DNA from: Faecalimonas sp.
GTDB lineage: Bacteria > Bacillota > Clostridia > Lachnospirales > Lachnospiraceae
Length of the DNA: 64,000 nt
Reading direction: 5' to 3'
NCBI GenBank assembly: GCA_045629665.1
Contig: JAZQRQ010000073.1
Location: forward strand, 7,892 to 71,891
This document shows positions 18,494-26,691 of this stretch, piece after piece (the stretch's first letter is position 1; the number at the start of each line of letters is the position of its first letter). Both the position numbers and the translations under genes were made by a program. The notes under the pieces were generated by a model. The model worked only from the letters and a program-made list of their open reading frames with translations. It searched no databases and had not been told where the DNA came from.

Positions 18494-19330
18494 CTAAATG
18501 TTTAAGAGGATAAGCGCAATCAAGATGCCAACAATGGCAATCCACTGTCTTTTTCCAAGCTTCTCTTTGAACAAACATATGCCTGCCAAGCTCACCACGA
18601 TAATCGTACTTACACTAAACGTCGGGTATGTGATGACTGCCGGCAAGGTCTGCAAGGATTTCAGCAGAAATTTCGCCGCAAAGAAGTTCGGCACACCAAT
18701 CAACATTCCATAGATGATATGATATTTCTGCAAACGCTCCTTCTTGTAGATTACTAATCCCCAACACAGCAAGCACGCCATTCCGAATGTAAATAACAAG
18801 AACTGGGACGAAAGTGCCTCATTCCCAACTTCCTCAAATACCTTCGACATACCGTCCGCCATACCACCTACCAAAAGGAGTAAGATTAGACCTGTCTTAA
18901 ATTGCATCGATGTCTCTTCTTTTTCGAAGTTAATCAGTATAATGGCGGCTACTGCAAGAACAAATCCCAATGCTTGCATCAGATTCATTCTTTCACCAAA
19001 AATCAACATAGAAAAGAGCATTGGCACAAGTAAACCAAGTTTCATAAATGTGGTTGACATTACTACACCATTTCTTTTTACATTTACCTGAAGTAATACG
19101 AATCCTCCTAAGTATAGGAAACCATTGATAAGCCCCATACCCAAGGTAAGACCGACACCTTCCTCACTTGGAAATATATTTCCTACTCCGCTGTAAATCA
19201 GTGAAAGAATCGTGCAGGTTATGTAATTAAATGCCAACATGCTCACATTTTCTCCGATGTGGCGTTCGCTCAGGCGCATGATAATAGAAAGCATTGCGCT
19301 ACATATAATTGCCAGTAATAAATATATCAT
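18494..19330 (-). CDS. DMT/EamA-family transporter
   Basis: About ten hydrophobic segments in two repeats; ending LFKEKLGKRQWIAIVGILIALILLN. Confidence 0.85.
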   Translation of the reverse strand: MIYLLLAIICSAMLSIIMRLSERHIGENVSMLAFNYITCTILSLIYSGVGNIFPSEEGVGLTLGMGLINGFLYLGGFVLLQVNVKRNGVVMSTTFMKLGLLVPMLFSMLIFGERMNLMQALGFVLAVAAIILINFEKEETSMQFKTGLILLLLVGGMADGMSKVFEEVGNEALSSQFLLFTFGMACLLCWGLVIYKKERLQKYHIIYGMLIGVPNFFAAKFLLKSLQTLPAVITYPTFSVSTIIVVSLAGICLFKEKLGKRQWIAIVGILIALILLNI

Positions 19331-19349
19331 TTCTTTTCTTCCTTATCTT

Positions 19350-20069
19350 CTAGTCATTTTCTGTAAGTCGGCTGTCGCCGTTCGCATAATCAATCGTAAT
19401 TCCCGGTTGTGCATTATATACATACACGTTAAAGCACACACCTTTTCCGTCGTCCTCCACAGAGTAGGCTTCCATCTGCACACCACTCGCAAGCAGATTC
19501 GTCCCTTCAAAATGAGGCGTCACGCGATACATGACATGATTGCCGGTCTCTTCCACATACTCAGCAACCATATTTTCAAACGGAAGCATTCCTTCCACGT
19601 TCAGATAGCGGGTTCCTGTAATCAGATTCTTCGTGTTGGCATTTTCGCCCGTCAACTGATATCCGATTAAATGACACCTATTGTATAGATATTTGCCGTC
19701 TACAATATCGTATTTGATAGTGTGCCACCCTGTCGGTTTCACTTGTCCGATTGCGCCGCGCTCTTCCGTCGGCATAATTTCCTGACCGACGCACGCATAT
19801 GCTACACCACATCTGCCCAGGCTATCCAATTTAGAGTACTCTTCAAAACATTTGGTGGTCAGTTCATCGAACTCCGGCTTATTGCCGTTCATTTCTACAT
19901 ATGGCTTATCAGCGTATTCCTCTACTGCAGAGTAATCAGAGTTCGATGCACCCGGCAGAATCCCTACGTCTATCAGTTCACTCCGCACAACTAGGAGGGC
20001 TAGAACAAGGTATATGGCTATCTTAATCCACTTTGATGTTTTGCTTGATTTTGCTCTTTGTATTCGCAT
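19350..20069 (-). CDS. Membrane-anchored DNA/RNA non-specific endonuclease (streptodornase/EndA-like)
   Basis: YSKLDSLGRCG, RGAIGQVKPTGW, YNRCHLIGYQLTGENAN, NLITGTRYLN; N-terminal hydrophobic anchor; ATG 20069 after GGAAGGA. Confidence 0.88.
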   Translation of the reverse strand: MRIQRAKSSKTSKWIKIAIYLVLALLVVRSELIDVGILPGASNSDYSAVEEYADKPYVEMNGNKPEFDELTTKCFEEYSKLDSLGRCGVAYACVGQEIMPTEERGAIGQVKPTGWHTIKYDIVDGKYLYNRCHLIGYQLTGENANTKNLITGTRYLNVEGMLPFENMVAEYVEETGNHVMYRVTPHFEGTNLLASGVQMEAYSVEDDGKGVCFNVYVYNAQPGITIDYANGDSRLTEND

Positions 20070-20092
20070 TTTTGTTCCTTCCCGATATACCA

Positions 20093-20117
20093 CATCATGA
20101 CCATTATGGTCATGATG
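20093..20117. repeat. Perfect 25-bp palindrome
   Basis: CATCATGACCAT-T-ATGGTCATGATG. Confidence 0.9.
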
Positions 20118-20122
20118 AACTT

Positions 20123-21529
20123 TTATGAATAATACTTTTGATTCTTGCTTGATGGTTTATCCGGCGCAGTTCTTTTTAAGATTTTCAATTTAAGCATCTT
20201 ATTCAAATAATGTCTTCTAAAGTAAGAACGCTCCAATCCAAATTTTTGCATAATTTCACCTGCTGATTTTGGTTCTCTACAAAATTCTATTATTTGGCTC
20301 ATTACATCTTGGTCACTATCTTGGTCACTTTGACCAGGACGACTAGCATCACGCAAAAGCTCCATATACTTATCACAAGCATTACATAAAACCATAATAC
20401 CCGATTCACTAATTTTATAATCCGGCAACGGTCCATCATATAATGCGCAAGCCTCTCTGATTTTTTCGAAACTTCTTCCCCAAGCTTCTATCATACCACT
20501 CTTAAAGAATACTTCTGCCAACTTAGGATTATATGGTTTTGAAGAGTGCTTCTCAAATAATTTTTCTGTTGAATCAAGCTCAGGCGGCATCGTTCCATCA
20601 TTCCAAATATAGATTTTATCTTCGTATACACTGATTTGAATCGGGTTGCAACTACGATAATCTTTATGAATAATTGCATTTATCAATATTTCACGAAAAG
20701 CGTCTTTATGAAACATGAACTGTTCAATTCTTTGAATCCCTTCATAATAAATCAAAGCTTTCATGTACTTTGTGTATACCAAATCTACTGTTCTATCCAC
20801 TTGCTCAATTAGAGGTCCATGCACCTCATCTTGATACACTAAATCGGAATGAGATTTCCCAAAATAACCAATTTTTATATAAGAGCCAGTTACCCATTTT
20901 TCCGGATCTTTGTAAAATGCCAACATCGCTGCTCGATTCAAATAACCTTGCTCATCAATGAGGTGCAGATTTTCCATCAAAATGGAGTCTTCTACACCCA
21001 CTTCTTCTTTCGTTAACCGACCTCTTTTTACAGCTTTCTCTTTGAACAGTTGTATAGCGTCTTGCTTTAAATCTTGTACTGAAATTTTAGGTAAAGGTAC
21101 ACCATCCCAAGTTCTTCCTTGCGACTTCAATAATGCTCGCTCCAATTCTTTTCCGGTAATTTCACGCATGGTACTTCCGGAACGATAATAGTATTTTCCG
21201 TGATAACTAATTAATGATGGATATTTATCAACGATAATCTTTAAATATTCTAGTTCGTCCTCGTAACAATGAATGACGTCTGCTATAATTCCCATTGTGT
21301 CGGTAATTTTGTTTGGAATTTGCTCTAGCAATACCTCTGAATGATGAATTCCGATTACGTTACCTTTATCATCTTTTCCGATGTATAAGGTTCCTCCGTG
21401 TGCATTAGCATAACCGCAAATCCATTTGAGATACTCGTCCCTCCATGATTCTTTCCATTCTACGGATTGATTTTCTTTCTGATGTTCTTTCATAATTGAC
21501 TTACCAAAGACTCTCTCAGCATTCCCCAT
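20123..21529 (-). CDS. AlbA_2 (Schlafen-like) domain plus RecG-C/HATPase_c_4-like domain plus wHTH protein
   Basis: ENQSVEWKES...ICGYANAHGGTLYIG, FREILINAIIHKDY, PYNPKLAEVF, APDKPSSKNQKY; start may be 21493. Confidence 0.8.
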   Translation of the reverse strand: MGNAERVFGKSIMKEHQKENQSVEWKESWRDEYLKWICGYANAHGGTLYIGKDDKGNVIGIHHSEVLLEQIPNKITDTMGIIADVIHCYEDELEYLKIIVDKYPSLISYHGKYYYRSGSTMREITGKELERALLKSQGRTWDGVPLPKISVQDLKQDAIQLFKEKAVKRGRLTKEEVGVEDSILMENLHLIDEQGYLNRAAMLAFYKDPEKWVTGSYIKIGYFGKSHSDLVYQDEVHGPLIEQVDRTVDLVYTKYMKALIYYEGIQRIEQFMFHKDAFREILINAIIHKDYRSCNPIQISVYEDKIYIWNDGTMPPELDSTEKLFEKHSSKPYNPKLAEVFFKSGMIEAWGRSFEKIREACALYDGPLPDYKISESGIMVLCNACDKYMELLRDASRPGQSDQDSDQDVMSQIIEFCREPKSAGEIMQKFGLERSYFRRHYLNKMLKLKILKRTAPDKPSSKNQKYYS

Positions 21530-21606
21530 TCACATTTTACCATATGATTCTACTCTTTGAAACCAATTTTTACTCAAACTCTTTTGCAACAAAAAAAGGC
21601 AGAGAA

Positions 21607-21885
21607 CTATATTGTTCTCCACCAATTCCCTTTCTGCTCCATATGTAGATACTTTTCCTTCGTGGCCATACCTCCACGGATGTGACGCTCGGATTTGTTC
21701 ACATCTAAAACCTTTCTCGCCTCTGTCGCAAGTGTTGGATTAATTTGTGACAGACGCTCGGCAACATCCTTATGTACTGTACTTTTACTGATTCCAAATG
21801 CCTTCGCTGTCTGCCTCACCGTAGCATTATTTTCTATAATATAATATGCAATTTCAATTGCTCGTTCCTCAATGTAATCCTTCAT
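21607..21885 (-). CDS. spoIIID: Stage III sporulation transcriptional regulator SpoIIID
   Basis: YIEERAIEIAYYIIENNATVRQTAKAFGISKSTVHKDV...KSERHIRGGMATKEKY. Confidence 0.97.
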   Translation of the reverse strand: MKDYIEERAIEIAYYIIENNATVRQTAKAFGISKSTVHKDVAERLSQINPTLATEARKVLDVNKSERHIRGGMATKEKYLHMEQKGNWWRTI

Positions 21886-21913
21886 AAAACCCCTGCATAA
21901 ATCGCTTTTTTAC

Positions 21914-21942
21914 AATCTATGCAGGGGAATAATAACTTATTC
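21914..21942 (-). promoter_or_regulatory. Sigma-E-like promoter of spoIIID
   Basis: GAATA (21942-21938), 16 bp, CATAGATT (21921-21914); spoIIID is sigma-E dependent in Firmicutes. Confidence 0.55.
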
Positions 21943-22603
21943 ACAAAGTTTCCCATATAACTTCTACAGGTGCAGAATCTTCTGCACATACAGAAACGAT
22001 ATATCCTTTCAATTGCACTGAACGCAGGTGACATTCTTGTATTTCTCCGTTTCGAAGCACCCGTACGTAGCCACCTTGAGACCACGATGCGCATTCGTCA
22101 TCGGCAACAACCTCATACGCCTCAAATGGCACTCTCAACCCTTCCCCTGTCATCTTGACATAACTTTCTTTCATCGTCCAAAGTCGGAAGAATGCCTTGT
22201 CATAATCATCCTCGGAAATTTGATTGAGATATGTTTGCTCACGGTCAGAATAATAGCGAGATGCCACATCTTTCGGTGCCTTGCGAAGTTCTTCCACATC
22301 ACACCCCACCGGTGCATTGCTAACTGCACAGACAACAAGACTGCCCGAATGAGACAAGTTAAACTCAAGGCCTTCTATCATGGGTTTCCCGTGTTCTCCT
22401 AAAAACACCTGAGAGTCTTCCATATGATAAAGGGCTAGGACTTTCTGTAACAAAAGTCCTACCCCCATACTTTGTTTTCTGCTTTTTTCTTGTTTTAGCT
22501 TGTGAATCCTCTGTTGCCTATTCAGTGGAAGTTTGTGTAACAACTCCGAATTCAACATAGGATCCGGCAGATTTGAAATATCCGCCACATATAACTTTAC
22601 CAT
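21941..22603 (-). CDS. Sfp-type 4'-phosphopantetheinyl transferase
   Basis: GEHGKP, FNLSHSG, VGCDVE, FFRLWTMKESYVKMTGEG. Confidence 0.92.
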   Translation of the reverse strand: MVKLYVADISNLPDPMLNSELLHKLPLNRQQRIHKLKQEKSRKQSMGVGLLLQKVLALYHMEDSQVFLGEHGKPMIEGLEFNLSHSGSLVVCAVSNAPVGCDVEELRKAPKDVASRYYSDREQTYLNQISEDDYDKAFFRLWTMKESYVKMTGEGLRVPFEAYEVVADDECASWSQGGYVRVLRNGEIQECHLRSVQLKGYIVSVCAEDSAPVEVIWETL

Positions 22604-22604
22604 A

Positions 22605-23654
22605 CTATTTCTCTTTATCTTCTTTTGGTTCTACCTGTACACAGTTATCTACCAAGAACTTACCAACCTTCTCCTGCATCAATGCCTCGCGAACTATATC
22701 TTTTCCATATGCTTTCTCAAATTCCTTCACATCTTCGTAGCCGTATTGTGCTGCAAATTCTTTAACATCGTCTTCATATTCTTTGTCGTCAACTGTCAAT
22801 CCCTCTTTTTCTGCAATGAGTGAGATTGCAAGTTGTTGAATTACGGTGTTTCTTGCCATTTCTTTGGAACTCATTCCAAACATCTGCTTAAAAAATTGAT
22901 CAAGCTCCATTCCATACATCTGTGCATAGTAGGAATATTGTTGTTCTATATTTTTTTGCTGCTCGTCAACTTTTCCTTCCGGATACTTCTTCACTTCACA
23001 GTGGTCAACCAATGCTTCCCATACAGAACTTAGGAGTGTTGATTCTGCTGTTTGCTTATTCGACAATTCTAAATCAGCGCGAACCTGTGCCTTGTAGTCT
23101 TCAATTGTCTTAGCCTCTGTTCCAAGTTCTTCCAAGATATCTACAGTAAGCTCAGGTACATTTTTTTCCTTAAGACCCTTTAATGTAACTGTAAAAACAA
23201 CCGCCTGTCCTGCTAAATCAGCACTACCATAAGTTTCAGGAAACGTGAGGTCAATGTCAAATGTTTCACCAATGTTATGTCCTACCACTCCATCTTCAAA
23301 ACCATCAATAAATTGTCCCGAACCAAGTTCTAATTCATAATCTGTTCCTGCTCCGCCATCAAATGCAACTCCGTCTTTCTTTCCTTCAAAATCGATAACT
23401 GCAATGTCTCCAAGCTTTGCCGCACGACCTGTTATGTCTGTCTTTGTAGCTAATGTTTCAAGGTCGGACTTAATACTCATCTCTACATCCTCATCAGTCA
23501 CAGCAATTGTCTCAACCTTGTCTACTTCCAAACCTTTGTACTGTATGATTGTAATATTATCATTGGAAAGTACTCCCTTTCCTTCTCCTGCACATCCTCC
23601 AAGGAGTGCTAATGCACATATTCCTGCAACAATTGTTGTCAATTTCTTTTTCAT
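22605..23654 (-). CDS. Trigger-factor-like FKBP peptidyl-prolyl isomerase lipoprotein (lacks the ribosome-binding domain)
   Basis: MKKK...ALLGGC lipobox; IDFEGKKDGVAFDGG, LGSGQFIDGFEDG, TFPETY, LAGQAVVF; trigger-factor C-domain; 349 aa. Confidence 0.85.
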   Translation of the reverse strand: MKKKLTTIVAGICALALLGGCAGEGKGVLSNDNITIIQYKGLEVDKVETIAVTDEDVEMSIKSDLETLATKTDITGRAAKLGDIAVIDFEGKKDGVAFDGGAGTDYELELGSGQFIDGFEDGVVGHNIGETFDIDLTFPETYGSADLAGQAVVFTVTLKGLKEKNVPELTVDILEELGTEAKTIEDYKAQVRADLELSNKQTAESTLLSSVWEALVDHCEVKKYPEGKVDEQQKNIEQQYSYYAQMYGMELDQFFKQMFGMSSKEMARNTVIQQLAISLIAEKEGLTVDDKEYEDDVKEFAAQYGYEDVKEFEKAYGKDIVREALMQEKVGKFLVDNCVQVEPKEDKEK

Positions 23655-23752
23655 AGTCTTTCTCCGTTTCTTTCTTTGTTAGAGGCAAAACCTCGAAAAT
23701 CTGCCCTTACCGTACATTATACCATAAAAAATTTTTTTGAAAAGCATTTCTC

Positions 23753-23781
23753 TTGCACTTAATCTAAAAGAATGATAAAAT
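23753..23781 (+). promoter_or_regulatory. Probable sigma-A promoter
   Basis: TTGCAC, 17 bp, TG-n-TAAAAT upstream of the 23817 gene. Confidence 0.55.
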
Positions 23782-23816
23782 ATTTCATTATGTAGAAAGA
23801 TTTTAGGAGGTTTGAC

Positions 23817-24260
23817 GTGAAAACAGGAACAATTGTTTTAATCGTAATCGCTATACTAGTAGTTGCAGCATTCGTTGCATTGTATTTTATTTCAAAGAAA
23901 GCACAGAAGAAACAAGTAGAAACAGAACAACAGATGAAAGCGTCTGCACAGACTTTTTCGATGTTGATTATCGACAAGAAAAAAATGAAGATGAAAGAAT
24001 CAGGACTTCCGGCAGTCGCTATTGAGAATACACCAAAGTATTTGCGTGGAATGAAGGTGCCGGTTGTCAAAGCAAAGGTTGGGCCAAGAGTTATGACTCT
24101 TCTCTGTGATGAGAAAGTATTCCCGAACATCCCTGTAAAGAAAGAAGTGAAGGCTGTTGTAAGTGGACTTTACATAACAGATGTAAAGGGACTTAGAGGT
24201 GCGCTCGAAGTTCCGAAGAAAGAGAAAAAAGGTCTTTTCGGAAGAAAGAAAAATAAATAA
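23817..24260 (+). CDS. Hypothetical membrane-anchored basic protein
   Basis: GGAGG RBS, GTG start, N-terminal TM helix, Lys-rich body. Confidence 0.75.
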   Translation: MKTGTIVLIVIAILVVAAFVALYFISKKAQKKQVETEQQMKASAQTFSMLIIDKKKMKMKESGLPAVAIENTPKYLRGMKVPVVKAKVGPRVMTLLCDEKVFPNIPVKKEVKAVVSGLYITDVKGLRGALEVPKKEKKGLFGRKKNK

Positions 24261-24268
24261 TGAAATCA

Positions 24269-24306
24269 AAAATGTGCGGTCGCAATTGCAATCGCACATT
24301 TTATTT
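24269..24306. terminator. Bidirectional intrinsic terminator
   Basis: AAAATGTGCG (24269-24278) / CGCACATTTT (24293-24302) between convergent genes. Confidence 0.8.
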
Positions 24307-24315
24307 TACAAAATC

Positions 24316-24792
24316 CTAAAACGTCATTTTATCATGTATCGAAAATTCTTTGGAATCCCTCGGTTTAATATTAATCCGTATCGTACAGTCTGCCAATGGT
24401 TCATAGTTAACATCCAACGCATACTCCGCACGAATATTGATATTGTTTTCCTTCTCGTCTACCACAATTTTACTTGTGCTGATTCCAAGATTCAACTCTC
24501 CAAGTGGTGTTCGATAAAAACAACGATTGATCTTTCCCCTTTCAAACACCATATGCATATTAGAGATACCTTTTTTCATTACCTCTAAGGTTTCTTTCCC
24601 GGTTAACCGAATCTGTGTTTTCGTAACTCCCGGAATCCCTTCCGCCACCTCTTCAAAGAAGATATAGTGTTTTCCATCTTTAAAGTAGTAAGTACCAGCG
24701 CTAACAACTTCAATCGGCTCATCATCATTACTCTCCATTTCATTTACGGCCATCTGAAGGCCGGAAATACTTACCAATACATCTTTCGTCAT
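24316..24792 (-). CDS. DUF1934-family beta-barrel protein
   Basis: GTYYFKDGKHYIFFEE, KKGISNMHMVFE, YRTPLGELNLGIST. Confidence 0.8.
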   Translation of the reverse strand: MTKDVLVSISGLQMAVNEMESNDDEPIEVVSAGTYYFKDGKHYIFFEEVAEGIPGVTKTQIRLTGKETLEVMKKGISNMHMVFERGKINRCFYRTPLGELNLGISTSKIVVDEKENNINIRAEYALDVNYEPLADCTIRINIKPRDSKEFSIHDKMTF

Positions 24793-24800
24793 ATCATCAC

Positions 24801-25628
24801 CTAGTATTCTTCTATGTTAATCTGCTTTGTAGTTTCTATGTCATAAGGCAAGATTGAATTCGCAAACTGCTTAAACTTATCAGCCGCATCACTGACATAG
24901 AAAGAATAGGAACCGTGGTCTCCCTCCGCATCCGGATTCTCCATATCATTTTCCTGTAAAATCAATTTAAGATCCATAGCCGTCTCATAAGCAGGATTCA
25001 CCAGCGTAATTTTATCGCCCACATACTCGCGAATCTTTGAGCGCAAAAGTGGATAATGAGTACACCCCAAAATCAACGCATCAATATCTGACTCCTTGAA
25101 CGAAGCAAGATAGTAATCAATAATCTCATCTGTTACGTGATGTTTTTTGAATCCTTCTTCCACGAGTGGTACAAAAAGCGGACAAGCCTTTGCAATGACT
25201 GATACATCCGGTTCGATACCCTGGATGATTTTCTCATACATGGAACTTCGCACCGTTGCCTCTGTTCCGATGACACCGATTTTCTTTGTCTCAGTTACTG
25301 CAAGAGCAGCTCTCGCACCCGGCTCCACTACACCGATAATCGGAATGTCGAACTCATCCTTAACTGCATCGAGCGCCAGTGCACTTGCCGTATTGCAGGC
25401 TATTACAATGGCCTTTACTCCCTTTGTCTGCAGAAAATGAATGATTTGTCTGGAATAGCGAATGATATTATCTTTTGATTTGCTACCATAAGGAACACGC
25501 GCTGTATCACCAAAATAAACAATGTCTTCATTTGGCAGATTACGCATTATCTCTCTGGCTACTGTAAGACCACCTACGCCGGAGTCAAATACACCGATTG
25601 GCGCTGTCTTTTTTACATCCATTCCCAA
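24801..25628 (-). CDS. murI: Glutamate racemase
   Basis: IGVFDSGVGGLTV, VPYGSKS, IACNTAS, ILGCTHYPLL. Confidence 0.97.
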   Translation of the reverse strand: MGMDVKKTAPIGVFDSGVGGLTVAREIMRNLPNEDIVYFGDTARVPYGSKSKDNIIRYSRQIIHFLQTKGVKAIVIACNTASALALDAVKDEFDIPIIGVVEPGARAALAVTETKKIGVIGTEATVRSSMYEKIIQGIEPDVSVIAKACPLFVPLVEEGFKKHHVTDEIIDYYLASFKESDIDALILGCTHYPLLRSKIREYVGDKITLVNPAYETAMDLKLILQENDMENPDAEGDHGSYSFYVSDAADKFKQFANSILPYDIETTKQINIEEY

Positions 25629-25659
25629 AATATGTTTCTCCTTTTACTGTACTTAGTAA

Positions 25660-26652
25660 TTATAAAATCTTGGAAATCTTTAACTGATATTCCGGAATCT
25701 CTTTTTGCATCTTGAGTGCATCATTGATATCAAAATCGATAAACTGTGCATTTTGATAACCAACTACACGATTTCTCTTACCTTCTACAAGACAGTCAAC
25801 TGCCTTGGCCCCCATGACAGAAGCATATACACGGTCTTTCACAGTCGGGCTTCCCCCGCGCTGTAAATGTCCGAGAATCGTTGCTCTCGTCTCTACACCG
25901 GTTGCCTCTTCAATTCTCTTTGCCATGTTAATGGAATCACCAACACCCTCCGCGTTGATAATAATATAATGTTTCTTACCATTTTTGCGATTCTCAATGA
26001 TGTCATTGATGATTGCCTGCTCATCATATCCATGTTGCTCCGGCAAAAGGATATACTCTGCACCGTTTGCAATACCACACCAGAGTGCAAGGTAACCGGC
26101 ATCTCTTCCCATTACCTCAACAATACTGCATCTCTCATGAGAAGTTGAAGTATCACGAATCTTATCGATAGCTTCCATCGCTGTGTTCGCCGCCGTATCA
26201 AAACCAATTGTATAGTCTGTACATGCGATATCAAGGTCAATAGTTCCCGGAATACCAATTACATTGATTCCGTATTCTGCAAGTTTTTGCGCTCCTGCAA
26301 AAGAACCATCACCGCCAATAACAACCAGTCCCTGAACACCATATTTTTTCAGAATTCCGGCTGCCTTTCTCTGTCCCTCCGGCGTGCGCATCTGCTGACT
26401 TCTTGCTGTCTGCAGAATCGTACCGCCACGTTGAATGGTATCGGCAACATCCTTTCTTGACATATCTATAATCTCTTCACGAAGTAATCCGTGATAACCA
26501 CGTCTGATTCCAAGCACATTTAATCCGTGTGCCAAAGCAGTTCTTACAACCGCACGCACTGCTGCATTCATTCCCGGTGCATCGCCTCCGCTTGTCAAAA
26601 CACCAATTGTGTGAAGAGGTTCTCTCATTTCAAGTTCATCTATCATAGTCAT
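25660..26652 (-). CDS. pfkA: ATP-dependent 6-phosphofructokinase
   Basis: LTSGGDAPGMNAA, IGGDGS, PGTIDLD, VEVMGR, LGHLQRGGSP. Confidence 0.96.
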   Translation of the reverse strand: MTMIDELEMREPLHTIGVLTSGGDAPGMNAAVRAVVRTALAHGLNVLGIRRGYHGLLREEIIDMSRKDVADTIQRGGTILQTARSQQMRTPEGQRKAAGILKKYGVQGLVVIGGDGSFAGAQKLAEYGINVIGIPGTIDLDIACTDYTIGFDTAANTAMEAIDKIRDTSTSHERCSIVEVMGRDAGYLALWCGIANGAEYILLPEQHGYDEQAIINDIIENRKNGKKHYIIINAEGVGDSINMAKRIEEATGVETRATILGHLQRGGSPTVKDRVYASVMGAKAVDCLVEGKRNRVVGYQNAQFIDFDINDALKMQKEIPEYQLKISKIL

Positions 26653-26691
26653 TTCTCCATTTTCTCATATTGTCTTATTATTGTTAGCATT

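Noticed and set aside
20309-20332. 12-bp tandem repeat CTTGGTCACTAT
   Set aside because: It encodes the in-frame SDQD linker repeat common before the wHTH in this protein family.
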